DNA from: an uncultured Phycisphaerales bacterium | Lineage (GTDB): Bacteria > Planctomycetota > Phycisphaerae > Tepidisphaerales > Tepidisphaeraceae | NCBI GenBank assembly: GCA_963758525.1 | Contig: CAVWVQ010000002.1 | Location: 352,001 to 416,000 of the forward strand | Direction of reading: 5' to 3' | DNA: 64,000 nucleotides | In this document: in pieces, positions 1 through 13,058 of the stretch | Position numbering within the stretch: the first letter of the stretch is position 1 | Layout: each line of letters begins with the position of its first letter | The notes under the pieces: model-generated | What the model was told of the DNA's origin: nothing | Databases searched by the model: none | The model's input: the letters and a program-made list of their open reading frames with translations, nothing else | Program-made: the position numbers and the translations under genes

Positions 1-357
1 GGGTACAACCGCCTGGTCAACGACTTCACCGGGCTGGAGGTGATGAAGAGTTTCAAATGTCCGGTCGTTTTTGACGTCACCCATTCCACGCAGCAGCCCG
101 CCGGGCAGGGTTCGCAATCCGGGGGCAGCCCGCAATATTCCCCGATGCTCGCGCGGGCGGCGGTCGCGGCCGGGGTGAACGGACTGTTTCTGGAGTGTCA
201 TCCCGATCCGCGGAACGCCAAAAGTGACGCCGCCACCATGATGGATCTCGCCGCGGTCGAGCCATTGCTGGAGCAAGCCAGGCAGCTCGCGGAACTGCGC
301 CGAGCTGGGGCAGCGAGATCGACCACCCCGTGTAGCCGCCGAGCGATTCTCCCGTAG
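1..357 (+). CDS. kdsA: 3-deoxy-D-manno-octulosonate 8-phosphate synthase, 3' part (cut by the window edge)
   Basis: Frame 1 is open from base 1: GYNRLVNDF...PVVFDVTHSTQQP...LARAAVAAGVNGLFLECHPDPRNAKSDA, the KdsA C-terminal motifs. Confidence 0.92.
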   Translation, partial: GYNRLVNDFTGLEVMKSFKCPVVFDVTHSTQQPAGQGSQSGGSPQYSPMLARAAVAAGVNGLFLECHPDPRNAKSDAATMMDLAAVEPLLEQARQLAELRRAGAARSTTPCSRRAILP

Positions 358-408
358 CACGGCCGTATCGGCTGTGATTTCGGGCCACAGCCGAGACGGC
401 TGTGCTAC
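354..408. repeat. REP doublet (GTAG type)
   Basis: GTAGCACGGCCGTATCGGCTGTG...CACAGCCGAGACGGCTGTGCTAC is an imperfect inverted pair; a related copy lies at 48153-48206. Confidence 0.8.
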
Positions 409-538
409 AAAAATGCGTCACTGATAGCTTCGACATTGATCAAGTTATTCGTGCGCGAGCACTAACGATCGACAGTTGCCCCGCACGAATTACCGGCCCA
501 AGCGGTAAAGTTCACCCTCTTTCTCGACGAACACAATA

Positions 539-1510
539 ATGAACACCTCGTCTCGTGGCGCTGGCTCCGCGCTGCGCCGGGGCGGAATGCCATCGATGCA
601 AAGTCTCGCAGCCGTCAATTTGAGTCTGGGCTCACCTCGAATGGAGGGAGCCGGCCGGATCGCGCAGTGCCTTGAAGATGTTCAAGGCGAGCTGAACGCG
701 GTGCGCGCCGAGCTGAACGTTCTCCGCCGCCGGGACGAAACGCTCAACTTTTACATGCACCGCCTCGATGAGGAGTTGCGTCTGGCGGCGCGGATCCAGC
801 AGGATTTTCTGCCCAAGTCGCTTCCCCAGATCGGCAGCGTCTTTTTTGACACGCTCTTCCGTCCTGCCGGATACGTGAGCGGCGACCTGTACGACGTGAT
901 GCGCCTCGACGAACGGCACGTCGGATTTTACCTGGCCGACGCGGTGGGGCATGGAATGCCCGCGGCGCTGCTGACCATGTTCCTCAAGCATTCGCTGGTC
1001 ACCAAGGAAGTCGACGCGAGCGGCTATCGGCTGCTTCCCCCCGCTGAAACCATGCGACGGTTGAACGAATCATTCGTCAGTCAGGCCCTCACCCACGCCA
1101 GCTTCGCAACCGCGGTGTATGGGATGATCGACGTCAAGACAAACCAGGTAACCCTCGCCCGCGCCGGTCATCCCGTGCCGCTGATCCTGCGGGCCAACGG
1201 CACGCTGCACGCCATCGAGTGTGATGGCGGACTGCTGGGGGTCTTCCCCGACGAGGTCTTCTCGGAGGGAACCGCGACGCTCGAGCCGGGAGATCGGCTC
1301 GTTCTGTTCACCGACGGCGTCGAGATGGGATTCGGCGGCGGAAGGGCGCCCAACGACGCCGCCTGGCAGGCCGAGCTTCTGCAGCGTGGCTCATTGGATG
1401 GAAGCGCCCTGCTGCTCGATCTTTCGCGGTGCCTGGATTCAGCCGCGGGGAGCCTGGATCCGAAGGACGACCTGACGGTGATTGTCGTGGAAAATCGCAA
1501 AGCCGCGTGA
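539..1510 (+). CDS. PP2C/SpoIIE (RsbU-like) Ser/Thr phosphatase with N-terminal coiled coil
   Basis: ELRLAARIQQDFLP, VSGDLYD, ADAVGHG, RAGHP, LFTDG and DDLT motifs; start codon uncertain. Confidence 0.9.
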   Translation: MNTSSRGAGSALRRGGMPSMQSLAAVNLSLGSPRMEGAGRIAQCLEDVQGELNAVRAELNVLRRRDETLNFYMHRLDEELRLAARIQQDFLPKSLPQIGSVFFDTLFRPAGYVSGDLYDVMRLDERHVGFYLADAVGHGMPAALLTMFLKHSLVTKEVDASGYRLLPPAETMRRLNESFVSQALTHASFATAVYGMIDVKTNQVTLARAGHPVPLILRANGTLHAIECDGGLLGVFPDEVFSEGTATLEPGDRLVLFTDGVEMGFGGGRAPNDAAWQAELLQRGSLDGSALLLDLSRCLDSAAGSLDPKDDLTVIVVENRKAA

Positions 1511-1528
1511 CTGACTTCCGAATCCTTA

Positions 1529-1552
1529 CATGGGCGGGACACCCATGCCACG
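1529..1552. repeat. REP hairpin (GTGGCATGGGCGTCCCGCCCATG family)
   Basis: CATGGGCGGGACACCCATGCCACG; related copies at 3551-3573, 3638-3660 and about 27465-27487. Confidence 0.75.
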
Positions 1553-1559
1553 CGAAGCG

Positions 1560-2875
1560 TTAATCCGGCTCGCGCGGTTCCAGCAGCGACAACCCGCGTA
1601 ATGTTGCTTCCTCCTCCGTTCTGAATGACCATCGACCTGGCCAATCCCGGTGGAGAATTCGATCGAGGCCGTTCTGGACGCCGCCGGAAATGACCACATC
1701 GCGGCGCATTTTGACGTGAGTCTCTCGCAGCAGCGCGAACCTCGCGGCGCTGGCTGTGGCAAGCGACTCGATAACGGCGCCCAGCATTTCTTGCGCGTGG
1801 TTGCGAGCGTCAGCCCGGTGAACGCTGCGCGGCGCTGATCGATCGCGGTTCGCTCCCCCGCCAAATACGGCTCGAACCGCACTGCAGCCGATGCCGAGCT
1901 CGGCTCGCGAGCGAGCTTCGCGAGCAATTTCCAGTATTTGGCTGGAGCAAGATCGGCAAACAGTTGATCTCGCGCCCAGTTGAGCGCCGAGCCCGCTGCC
2001 GCCAGCGTGCTGACTGACATCCATTTTTGCCCGATGCCCAGCGCCCGCGTCAGCAGCCGTTCATGGGGAGCCGCTCGGTTCGTGCAGAGGCCCAGAACAT
2101 CGGTCGATCCGCACACGTTGAGCAGTTGACCGTTCTTTGCCCCGACCAGAAGCATTGCTGAGCTGGTATCGACGATTCCGGTGACCACGGGAGTCCCCTC
2201 CCGCAATCCAAATCTTCCGGCTGCGCCGCGCAGCACTCTGCCGCCGATCACGTTCGATTCAACCACCCGCGGCAACTGGCGCGGCAGCGCGCCGGCGGCG
2301 GCGCAAAGCTCGTCGTCCCAGCCCGATTGTCCTGCCGTGTCGTAGAGCCCCGTAAACGACGCGTTGGCCGGGTCGATCACGCGTGCGCCGGTGAACTGCC
2401 GCTGAAGAAAGGTGTTGAGATGCCCGGCCAGATCGACGCGCTGCATCAGGCCCGGCTCGTGCTTGCGGAACCAGGCCCAGGTCGTCGCGCTGATTCCGCC
2501 CGGGAACGGGCGATTCCCAGCCAGCTTTAGATAGCGCGCCTTGCCGACCTGGTGTTCCAGGGAATGGGCAATTGCCACACTGCGACGATCCTGATGCGTC
2601 ACGATCGGCGTCAGCGGCTTTCCTGCCTTGTCCATCGCGACCCAGGCCGGCGACATCACCGATAGAGCGATGACGTCCGCTTTTTGCGTGGCGGCTCCCA
2701 GCTCCGCAATTGCATGGCTCACGGCATTGAGCAGCTTTCCGGGATCGACCTGGACTTGAACGCCGCTGCGTGTCGTCGGAAATGGCGCGTGAACAATCCG
2801 CCCGATGCTCTTGCCGCCGCGCACCAAGCCTGCCTTGACCGACGAGGAGCCGATATCGAGACCGAGATATGTCAC
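1560..2875 (-). CDS. FGGY-family carbohydrate kinase (xylulokinase/gluconokinase-like), frameshift near 1790
   Basis: YLGLDIGSSSVKA, HQDRR, DPANASFTGLYD, PYLAGER; the C-terminus (EMLGAVIES...ISGG...EEEATLRG) continues in another frame to 1560. Confidence 0.85.
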
Positions 2876-2895
2876 GATGTGCGAGTCTCGTCAGT

Positions 2896-3528
2896 TCAAC
2901 GGCCGCCGGCCGCGGCAAACACATCGGTCACTGGCACCGAGAGCTGCGGCAGGAGCGCGGATGCCGCACTCTGTCCGATGCCCGCTTCCACGTGGGTAAC
3001 ATAATGCCCGTCGGCCAATTTCAGCACCGTGACCGTTCGTTCTTGTGTATCAACGATCCAATACTCGCTGATTCCCGCCCGCTCGAACTCATCGCGTTTT
3101 GTTTCCAAGTCGCGCCGGCGGTCTTCGCTGGTGATCTCGATGACCAGATCAGCGCCGTCGGCGAAATCCTCCCCCAGCCTGTCTGCATGCTCAGCAGCAA
3201 CAAACACCAGATCAGGTTCGCGGAATTTGCCTTTCCACAATCGCACTGGGAACGGGGCGATGACAACCTCACCGAGTCGGTGTTCTTTCGCAACCGAATC
3301 GATCGCCTGGTGAAGATAGACCACGATGCGCTGGTGAGCGCGAGGCGGCATCTCCAACACCTCCACACTTCCATTCGAAAGCTCGATGCGATGATTTGTC
3401 TGGCGATTGAGCTGAAGGAAATCTCCATCGCCCCACTCCCCACGGCTGGGAAAGAGCCGGGCGATCTCCCACGTCGGCTCGGGTTCGTAAGAGGATGGTG
3501 TGTCGCGCGCGATCATTGGGTGAGCCAA
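2896..3528 (-). CDS. Uma2-family endonuclease
   Basis: IELSNG...HQRI...FREPDLVF...ADLVIEITS...DLETKRDEFERAGISEYWIVD. Confidence 0.9.
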   Translation of the reverse strand: MAHPMIARDTPSSYEPEPTWEIARLFPSRGEWGDGDFLQLNRQTNHRIELSNGSVEVLEMPPRAHQRIVVYLHQAIDSVAKEHRLGEVVIAPFPVRLWKGKFREPDLVFVAAEHADRLGEDFADGADLVIEITSEDRRRDLETKRDEFERAGISEYWIVDTQERTVTVLKLADGHYVTHVEAGIGQSAASALLPQLSVPVTDVFAAAGGR

Positions 3529-3550
3529 TCTATCGACGGGGACGTCTCCC

Positions 3551-3660
3551 GTGGCATGGGCGTCCCGCCCATGCGAGCGACGCCGGTCGTAAGAAATTTC
3601 TCGATACCAACGGCTCCTTCTGCCTCCAGGTCGTCAACACGGGCACGATGCCCGTGCCAC
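3551..3660. repeat. REP doublet (REPIN-like)
   Basis: GTGGCATGGGCGTCCCGCCCATG and CACGGGCACGATGCCCGTGCCAC in inverted orientation around an ~65-bp spacer. Confidence 0.75.
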
Positions 3661-3678
3661 GCGTGCCACGCGGAACAG

Positions 3679-5103
<1,425 letters not shown>

Positions 5104-5296
5104 ACGCTTATCCTTCTTCCTGAGCGAGGGTCATTTCGCGCCGGATGCCGCAGCGCATCCGCAACCTCACGCGACGTCAATTCACCGGCGGAACATTGTG
5201 GGCATTTTGCCGACGTCCTGCAATATGCGGCGATGAACTGAGCGTCCGAATGCTCCGTGACTCACCAGCCCCCTGCTCGTACCATACCCGCTTCAC

Positions 5297-6229
5297 ATGA
5301 TCCGCTTCATCGCTTTTCGTCTGCTGCAGTTTCCGCTGATTCTGGCGATCATTTATTTACTTACGTTTGTTCTCGTCTGGGTAGTTCCGGGGTCGCCGTT
5401 CGAGCAGAACGAACGACAGCTTGATCCGATCGCCAAGGCCCAGCTCGAAGCGCGGTTTCACGCGCAGCATTGGTACACCTTTCTGGCGTTTTACCCCGCC
5501 GAGATCATCCGCCACGGCGATTTCGGACCCAGCATGAATTACCAGGGGTGGTCCGTGAACGACATTCTCGCCAGCGGTCTGCCCGTCTCCGCTTCGCTGG
5601 GGCTGCTCGGGCTGCTGATCGCGCTGGTCGCCGGCAGCGCCATCGGGACTCTCGCCGCCGTGCGCCGAGGCGGTGTCTTCGATTATTTGAGCCTTGCCGT
5701 GGCGCTGATCGGAATCAGCCTGCCGAGCTTCGTCGCCGCGGGTCTGATTCTCATCTTCTTTTCCGTGAAACTGAGGCTGCTCCCCGTCGGCGGGTGGGGA
5801 ACCGCCGGACAGATGATCGGCCCCGCCGTCGCCATCTCGCTGATGCCGCTCGCCTACATCGCCCGGTTGACGCGCGTCGCGATGATCGATGTCCTGTCCA
5901 GCGACTACGTTCGCACGGCCCGCGCAAAGGGGCTTTCCAACATCGTTGTCATCTGGAAGCACTGCTTCCGAAACGCGTTTCTTCCCGTCTTCACGTATCT
6001 CGGTCCCGCCGCGGCAGCCGCGCTAACCGGGTCGTTCGTCGTGGAGAAGGTCTTCACGATTCCCGGCCTGGGCCTGCATTTTGTGAACAGCGTGCTGAAT
6101 CGAGACCGAACCCTCATTCTCGGGACCGTGATGGTCTATTCATCCCTGCTGCTGACGCTGAATCTGATCGTCGACGTCGGCTACGCCTTGATCGATCCCA
6201 GGATAGACATCCTTGCACAGTCGCGATGA
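5297..6229 (+). CDS. oppB: Oligopeptide ABC transporter permease (OppB/DppB family)
   Basis: VPGSPF, GDFGPS, SDYVRTARAKGL, GSFVVEKVFTIPGLG, IDPRI. Confidence 0.9.
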   Translation: MIRFIAFRLLQFPLILAIIYLLTFVLVWVVPGSPFEQNERQLDPIAKAQLEARFHAQHWYTFLAFYPAEIIRHGDFGPSMNYQGWSVNDILASGLPVSASLGLLGLLIALVAGSAIGTLAAVRRGGVFDYLSLAVALIGISLPSFVAAGLILIFFSVKLRLLPVGGWGTAGQMIGPAVAISLMPLAYIARLTRVAMIDVLSSDYVRTARAKGLSNIVVIWKHCFRNAFLPVFTYLGPAAAAALTGSFVVEKVFTIPGLGLHFVNSVLNRDRTLILGTVMVYSSLLLTLNLIVDVGYALIDPRIDILAQSR

Positions 6230-6235
6230 AGCGAG

Positions 6236-6430
6236 GGGAAGGCACGGAGGGAAGAAGGCACGGAGGCACGGAGGGAAGGATGGGAGATTTGGTCGGGGGG
6301 AAAGGAGCGGCCCACGCATCCCCTCCGCGCCTGTCTACTCTTCCTTCCCCCCGACAACATCCCCCATCCTTCCCTTCGTGCCTTCGTGCCTTTGTCCCTT
6401 TGTCCCTTTGTCCCTTTGTCCCTTCGTCCC
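6236..6430. repeat. Inverted arrays of ~8-bp repeats (GGCACGGA / TTCGTGCC, TTTGTCCC)
   Basis: A purine-rich array at 6236-6276 faces a pyrimidine-rich array at about 6372-6430. Confidence 0.75.
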
Positions 6431-6483
6431 TGATTTGTCCCCCCTTTTGATTTTCCCTCGCTAAAAAGCTACTCTTTCCAAAG

Positions 6484-7260
6484 ATGCGCTGCCCCTTTTG
6501 CGAGGCCGAAAAGGAAAGCCTTCAGGTGGTGGACTCGCGCACCTGCGAAGGGGGGAAGGCGGTTCGCCGTCGCCGAAAATGCCTCGCTTGCCTGAAACGG
6601 TTTACGACTTTTGAACGAGTCGAACCTGCCAAACGCCTCATGGTCGTGAAGCGGGACGGCAGACGGATTCCCTGGAATAAAGAGAAGATTCTGAGCGGGC
6701 TCGAACGTGCGTGTTTTAAGCGGCCGGTGCCGGAAACCGAACTTTTGCGGATTGCGGACGAAGTAGAAGAAGAGGCTTTGGGCGTTCACGAGCGAGAAAT
6801 AGCGACGACGCTCATCGGAGAAATGGTCACCGACCGGCTGCGCCGGGTGGATCAGGTTGCGTACGTGCGATTCGCCAGCGTCTACAGGCAGTTCAAGACT
6901 TTGGAAGAACTGGTGGACGAGGCCAAAGCGGTGATTGACGCCCGACGCTTCGAGGACCCCGAGCAGGGCAGACTCTTCCTGGAAGACAAACCCTCCGCCG
7001 CAGGCAACGGAAGGCACGCGGTGCCGGGCGAAACGGAGCCGGCGCCGCGGGCCAAGCGCGGCGCAAGTCGCGCGCAAGGCCCGATCCTGCCGCTCCCGGT
7101 CCGCCGGAACCTGGTGGGGTCTGAACTTCCCTACGACAGGCGGCTCCGACGGCTTCTGATTCGCGAACGATCCGCAGACGGCAACGCGTTCTCCGATGGC
7201 GGAAGAATATGCCGCGCCCCGCCGAAGCGTCTCAAGGCCGACAACGGCTGCGTCCGATAA
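6484..7260 (+). CDS. nrdR: Transcriptional repressor NrdR (long C-terminal tail; true stop uncertain)
   Basis: MRCPFC...VVDSR...RRRRKCLAC.KRFTTFE Zn ribbon, ATP cone, VAYVRFASVY. Confidence 0.93.
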   Translation: MRCPFCEAEKESLQVVDSRTCEGGKAVRRRRKCLACLKRFTTFERVEPAKRLMVVKRDGRRIPWNKEKILSGLERACFKRPVPETELLRIADEVEEEALGVHEREIATTLIGEMVTDRLRRVDQVAYVRFASVYRQFKTLEELVDEAKAVIDARRFEDPEQGRLFLEDKPSAAGNGRHAVPGETEPAPRAKRGASRAQGPILPLPVRRNLVGSELPYDRRLRRLLIRERSADGNAFSDGGRICRAPPKRLKADNGCVR

Positions 7261-7277
7261 TCTCTGGAGGCTCGTCA

Positions 7278-9151
7278 ATGAAGTTATCGCTCCGATCCAT
7301 GCTCAGCCGGCTGCTCCTCTGCGGCTGCGCGGGCCTCTTGTCGCTCGCTGCCGGCAGTTGCAATCAACTCCAACAGGAAACTCCCAAGCCCGTCATCGAA
7401 CGCTATCCGGATTTGGGCCCCAAAGGTGCAGTCCCATCGTTCATGCTCGGCACCATCTGGGAACGCGTCGAGCTGGAGAATATTGACGGATTCCCCATCT
7501 CCGGATTCGGGCTGGTCGTCAACCTCGATCACAGCGGCAACAACGATCAGTTGCCAACCGCGGTCAAGGAATACATGGTCAAGGAGATGGTCAAGCAGGG
7601 CTTCGGAAGCCCGCTGCTCCCGGACTATCACAACCGAACTCCCGAGGTTGTTCTGGCCGACGACCGCACCGCGGTGGTCGAAGTGGACGCACTGCTCCCG
7701 CCGGGCGTGCGAAAGGGACAGCAGTTTGACGTGCGCGTCGTGGTTCTGCCACGGTCGACCACCACGAGTCTCTCCGGCGGCGAACTGTATCTCACGGATC
7801 TGGCCATCGACGGTGCCAACACGCACAACCCCTTCAGCAAGGTCAACGTCCGAGGTCAGGCGCGCGGCAGCATCTTCCTCAACCCGGCATATGCGCTGCA
7901 GACCGGAGCAACGCCCACCGGCGCAGCCCGCGCGGCAATGCGCTCGGGCATCATCATGGACGGCGGCGTTGCCGCGTTTGATCGTCCGATTTTTCTGCAA
8001 TTGCGCCAACCGCAAGCCAGCATCTCCCGCGCCATCGAGCAACGCATCATCGCCCGCTTCAAAGGGGAAATCGGCGTTGCCTCGGCGCATGACGAGGGAA
8101 AGATCGAGGTTTTCGTCCCCCCCTCATACGGCAAAAACTGGCAGCACTTTATCGGCGTCGTGCTCCACACCTATCTGGGCAATTCGCCTGAATTCGAGAC
8201 AATGCGGGCCAAAGAGCTCGCCGACGAAGCGGTGAAGCCCAACGCCCGGTTGGGTGACATCTCCTACTGCTGGGAAGCGATCGGGCCCGCATCCCTGCCA
8301 TTTATCTCGAAGCTGATTACCGATCCGTCGCCCGCCGTCGCATTTGCCGCGGCCCGCGCCGGCGCGTTCATCGGGGATCCCACTGAGGCGGCGCAATCGG
8401 CGCTGTTGATGATGGCCCGGACCCCTGATCACCCGTTTCAACTGGAATCGGTCGAGGTGCTTGGCGAACTTCCTTCTTCGCCCGCCGTCAACCGGATGCT
8501 TCGCGAGTTGCTCGATTCCGACCAGACATCGGTGCGGCTCGAGGCGTACCGCGTGCTGGCGCCAACAACGACAGTTCCGTCTACTCGAAGGTGGTGACCA
8601 CCGACAATCAGAAGTTTATCCTCGACGTGGTTCCGTCCCAGGCCGCCCCGATCATTTACGCGACGCGCAGCGGTGTTCCGCGCATCGCGGTGCTCGGACG
8701 TACGCCCCATGTCGTGCGGCCCCTGGTTTTCTCGGCACTTAATGACCGTCTGACGATTTCCGCGCGGGGCCAGGCAAGCCCGCTGACGATCTACTATCGC
8801 GATCCGCAGCTCCAGCAGCCGGTGAAGATGTTCTCCAACGCGGACGTTTCGGAGGTGATTCGACGGCTCGGCGGGGAAGCGGCGCCCGGGGAGTCGCCGC
8901 TGAATTTCAGTTACGGCGAAATCGTCGCCATGCTGCTCGGCCTGAGCAACAGCGGCGATCTGAAGGAAGAGCATGACGGAATGATTGCACTTGCTCCGTT
9001 TGTGTTGCAGGATCCGCCGCAATTGGAGAAGGTCATGACGACCGCCCCTCCGGTGGATTCGGGCCGTCCGGTGAAGGACATAGCGGCTCCCAACAGCAGC
9101 GCCGGGACACCTGCGGATGACGCGACATTGGCGAACAGTCGGCCGCAATAG
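7278..9151 (+). CDS. FlgI (P-ring)-like lipoprotein with HEAT-like repeats, frameshift near 8560-8590
   Basis: GGAGG RBS; lipoprotein-like signal ending AAGSC; GFGLVVNLDHSG, TAVVEVDALLPPGVRKGQQFDVRV and SLSGGEL are FlgI-like; the ORF continues as 8591-9151. Confidence 0.7.
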
Positions 9152-9231
9152 TTCAGCGGCTGGCCCTTGATATATGGTGGAAAAGCCCCACAATCCGTGC
9201 CTCTTAACCGGTCAAGGAGGACCGCGTCTTC

Positions 9232-12200
9232 ATGCGACTTAAAAAGCTGATCGTTCAGGGTTTCAAGAGTTTCGCCGACCGCACCGAGTTTGTCTTCGAT
9301 TCGGCCATCACGGGAATCGTCGGCCCCAACGGCTGCGGCAAGAGCAACGTCGTCGACGCGTTTAAGTGGGTCCTCGGCGAGCAATCCGCCAAGAGCCTGC
9401 GCGGCGACGCGATGATGGACGTGATCTTCAACGGCGCGACCGGCCGCAAGCCCTCGGGCATGGCGGAGGTCGTTCTGGTCTTCGACAACCCGATGCGCCA
9501 GGACAATACGCGCACGCTCAGTCTCGATGTGGATGAAGTGCACGTGGGCCGCCGCCTCTTCCGCGACGGCGCCAGCGAGTATCAGCTCAACAACCAGACC
9601 GCGCGCCTCAAGGACATTCGCGAGCTGTTCTTCGATACCGGCGTCGGTGTCGATGCTTACAGCGTCATCGAGCAGGGCCGCGTCTCGCTGCTCCTGGAAA
9701 GCAATCCGCAGGAACGCCGGCTCATTTTCGAGGAAGCCGCCGGAATCAGCAAATTCAAGGCTCGCAAGAAGGAAACACAGCGCAAGCTCGAACGAGTCGA
9801 TCAGAATCTCCTGCGCGTCACCGATATCGTCGAAGAGGTCGAGAAGCGACTCCGCAGCGTCAAGGTGCAGGCCGGTCGGGCCCGGACCTATCAGGAACAT
9901 TCCGAGCGCCTCTCCGCCCTGCGGCTCACATACGCGATTCAGGAATTTCACACGCATTACACGCAGCGCGGCGAATTGACCGCTGCGCGCGACGACGCGC
10001 AGTTTCAACTCGACGATGCCGCCGGCGATCTGGCGCAGCGCCAGAATGAATTGGCGGCCCGCCGCTCGGATTTCGACGCCTTGTCCGCGAAGCGGCAGCA
10101 GGCGGAGTATGAGCTCGTGCAGGCCGGAGCCGCGTTGCAATCGGCGCGGCAGCGTCAGCAATACGCCCGCCAGCAACTGGCGCAGATGACCGAGCAACTC
10201 GAGGCTTTCGCCGGGGATCGGACCAATCTGCAGGCGAAGCTTGCGGAGCTGATTCAGGCGCTGGACGCCGAGACTTCGAACTTGCGGCAGCTCACCGAAT
10301 CGCTGGAAGCGCAGCGCCTTGAGATTGAGAAATGGCAGCAGTTGTTCCGGGACGATCAGCTTCAGCTGAATGCCGCCAATCAGGAAGTCGAGCAGCAGAA
10401 AGCGGCTATTCTCGATCTGATGCGCAAGCTCGCGGCGCTGGCCAGCCGCCTTGGGGCGATCGAGATCGAACGGAAAAACATCGCCCAGCAGCAGACGCGC
10501 CTGACCGAGCGTCGCGCTGTCGTGCTGAGCGAAACCGATCTGCTGGAAACGCAGCGTGTCGCAACGCAGGTGTCGCTGGATGAAGCGCTGTCGCACATTG
10601 CCGATCAGCAGGCACAGCTCGACGCGCGGCGCGAAGAGTCGCGCGCCTGAGCAAGCAGATCGCCCAGATCGGCCAGCAGTTGGGCGCCGCACGCGAGCAC
10701 CGCTCCGGGCTGCTCTCCCGCCAGAAGCTTCTCAAGGACATGGAAGCCAAACGCGAAGGCGTCAGCGAAGGGGTCAAATCCGTGCTGCGGCAGCGCGATC
10801 AGAAATTCTCGTTCGTCCACGGACTTGTCGCCGACGTGCTGCGCGTCGATGTGGAACACGCTCATGTGATCGAAGCCGCGCTCGACGGCAAAGATCAGTT
10901 TCTCCTCGCGGCCAATCTCGAAGCCGCCATCGCCTGCCGCGAGGCGCTCGACGAGTTGGAGGGGCGCGTCAACATCCTCACGCAGCCGACGGCGCAAATG
11001 GACGAGGGTGCGGCGTATGACTGGAATCGTCATCCCTGCAGGATTCGGCTCGCGATCGACCTGGTGAAGTTTGAAGCCGTTGACGGGATGATCGCCCGCC
11101 ACCTCCTCGGACGGACGGTTGTCGTTGATTCGCTCGACGACGCGGTTCTGCTTCGAAAAGAAGGACCGGCAGGATATCGCTTCGTCACGACCGCGGGCCA
11201 GGTGCTGGAAGCCGATGGAACCTTGCGCGGGCCCGCTGAGCGCCGCGATGGGCCTGCTCTCCCGCCGATCAGAACTTGAAGCGCTGGTGCAGCAGATCGC
11301 GGAAGTCGACGGCCGGATCGAGCAGCTCACGGCTCTGATTTCTGAAGGAAATACCACCGCAAAGGGGCTTGAGGAGCAGCAGAATGCGCTTTGCGCGGAA
11401 GTTTATCGCGCCAATACGACAAAGGTCGAGCTGACCAGCAAGCTTGCGCAGAATCAGGACAAGCAATCGTCGCTGCGCCGCGAGGCGCCGCTGCTCGATC
11501 GCGAGCTGAAGACGCTCGGGGAGCAATTGGAAAAACTCGTCGCAGAGGAGGCAAGCCTGACGGAGAAACGCGGTGCGATGGATGCAGATCAGACGCAACG
11601 GCAGCAGCGCGTGGAAGAACTGATGAGCGATCAGAAGCGATTGGCCGAGGAATTGCGCCAGACCGGCGAGCAGCTCACTGCTGCGCGCGTGGCGCTGGGA
11701 CAGGCGCAGGAGAAGCAGCTCGCGGCCCGTCAGCAGGTGCAACGGCAGACCGCAGCCCAGGGCGAACTGACGCAGCAGATCGAGCGCATCGTCAAATCCG
11801 CCGAGTCGGTTGCGGCCCGCCAAACCGGCGTCGAATCCGAGTTGGCCGAAGCCATGACCGTGGAAGCCGCCCAACTCGCCGCACAAGAGCAACTCACTGC
11901 GCGGCGCAGGCAATGGCATTGGAAGTCGCCCAGATGAGCGAAGCCGTCAAAACCATGACCGGCCAGGTGGAGTCGCTCCGCGGCGAGCACATCGAACGCG
12001 AGCAGGCATTGCACGCGCTGCAACTCAGGCTCGGCGAAGTGACCGTTCGGCTGGAAACCGTTGTCGCTCGCACCATGGAAGAATCGCAGTTGGACCTGCC
12101 AGCGAAATATGAGGCGCTCTTTATTGACGGCGGCCCCGGCTACCAAAGCGGCGAGACCGACTGGGACGCCGTTGCTGCCGAGATCAAGGAGCTGCGCGAC

Positions 12201-12902
12201 AAGATTCATCGCCTGGGCAACGTCAACCTCGACGCCATCGGCGAGCAGGATGAACTGGAGCAACGCCAGTTGTTCCTCTCAACGCAATTGAACGATCTCA
12301 CCAGTTCGAAGAAGCAGTTGGAGGAGCTGATCGACGCGATCAATGCCGAGAGCAGCGAGCGATTCGAGCAGACGTTCAACGCCGTCCGCGAGCATTTTCA
12401 GGGCATGTTCCGCAAGCTCTTCGGCGGAGGAAAAGCCGATATTTATCTCGAGACCGAACTGGAAACCGTCCCCGAGATCGGCGCCGACGGCCAGCCTCTC
12501 CCGGCAAAAAAGATCGACCTTCTCGACGCCGGCATCGAGATCATCGCCCGTCCCCCCGGCAAACAGCCGGTCTCCATCAGCCAGCTTTCCGGCGGCGAAA
12601 AGACGATGACGTGCGTGGCATTGCTGATGTCCATCTTCAAGAGCAAGCCGAGTCCGTTCTGCATTCTCGACGAAGTGGACGCCGCGCTGGACGAGGCCAA
12701 CAACCAGCGTTTCAACCTGATCGTGCAGGAGTTCCTCGAGCAGAGTCAGTTCATCATCATCACGCACTCGAAGCGCACGATGCAGATCGCCGATGTGCTC
12801 TACGGCGTAACCATGCAGGAGCAAGGCGTGAGCAAGCGCGTCGCGGTCAAGTTCGACCAGGTCGACTCCGCGGGGCGCATCAATGAAACCGCCGCCGCGT
12901 AG
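9232..12902 (+). CDS. smc: Chromosome segregation protein SMC, three apparent frameshifts (~10645, ~11230, ~11905)
   Basis: GFKSFAD, GPNGCGKSNVVDA Walker A, hinge segment (10680-11279), LSGGEK signature, ILDEVDAALD, IIITH. Confidence 0.95.
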
Positions 12903-12920
12903 CGCCACACGTAGCGTAGC

Positions 12921-13058
12921 GTAACACGGGTTTCCAACCCGTGCTTGAGGCATTAGATCTGATATCGCTTCTTTCGCAGCGATGCATTCTTGCCTTTCCT
13001 CTGCAAATCAGCATCGCGAATCTGCCAGCAACTCGCACGGGTTGGAAACCCGGGTTAC
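12921..13058. repeat. REP doublet between convergent smc and valS
   Basis: GTAACACGGGTTTCCAACCCGTG ... CACGGGTTGGAAACCCGGGTTAC; the right end overlaps the valS stop codon. Confidence 0.8.

Noticed and set aside
8911..10692. Long antisense ORFs (also 2869-3939, 42553-43737, 45617-47194, and the 5' part of 51261-53207)
   Set aside because: They are shadow frames of well-supported genes in high-GC DNA and show no recognisable motifs.
9232..12902. Programmed frameshifting or a split smc/Wadjet-like system
   Set aside because: The pieces join into one ordinary SMC, no slippery heptamers or jet/mks partner genes are seen, and similar breaks occur throughout the window.
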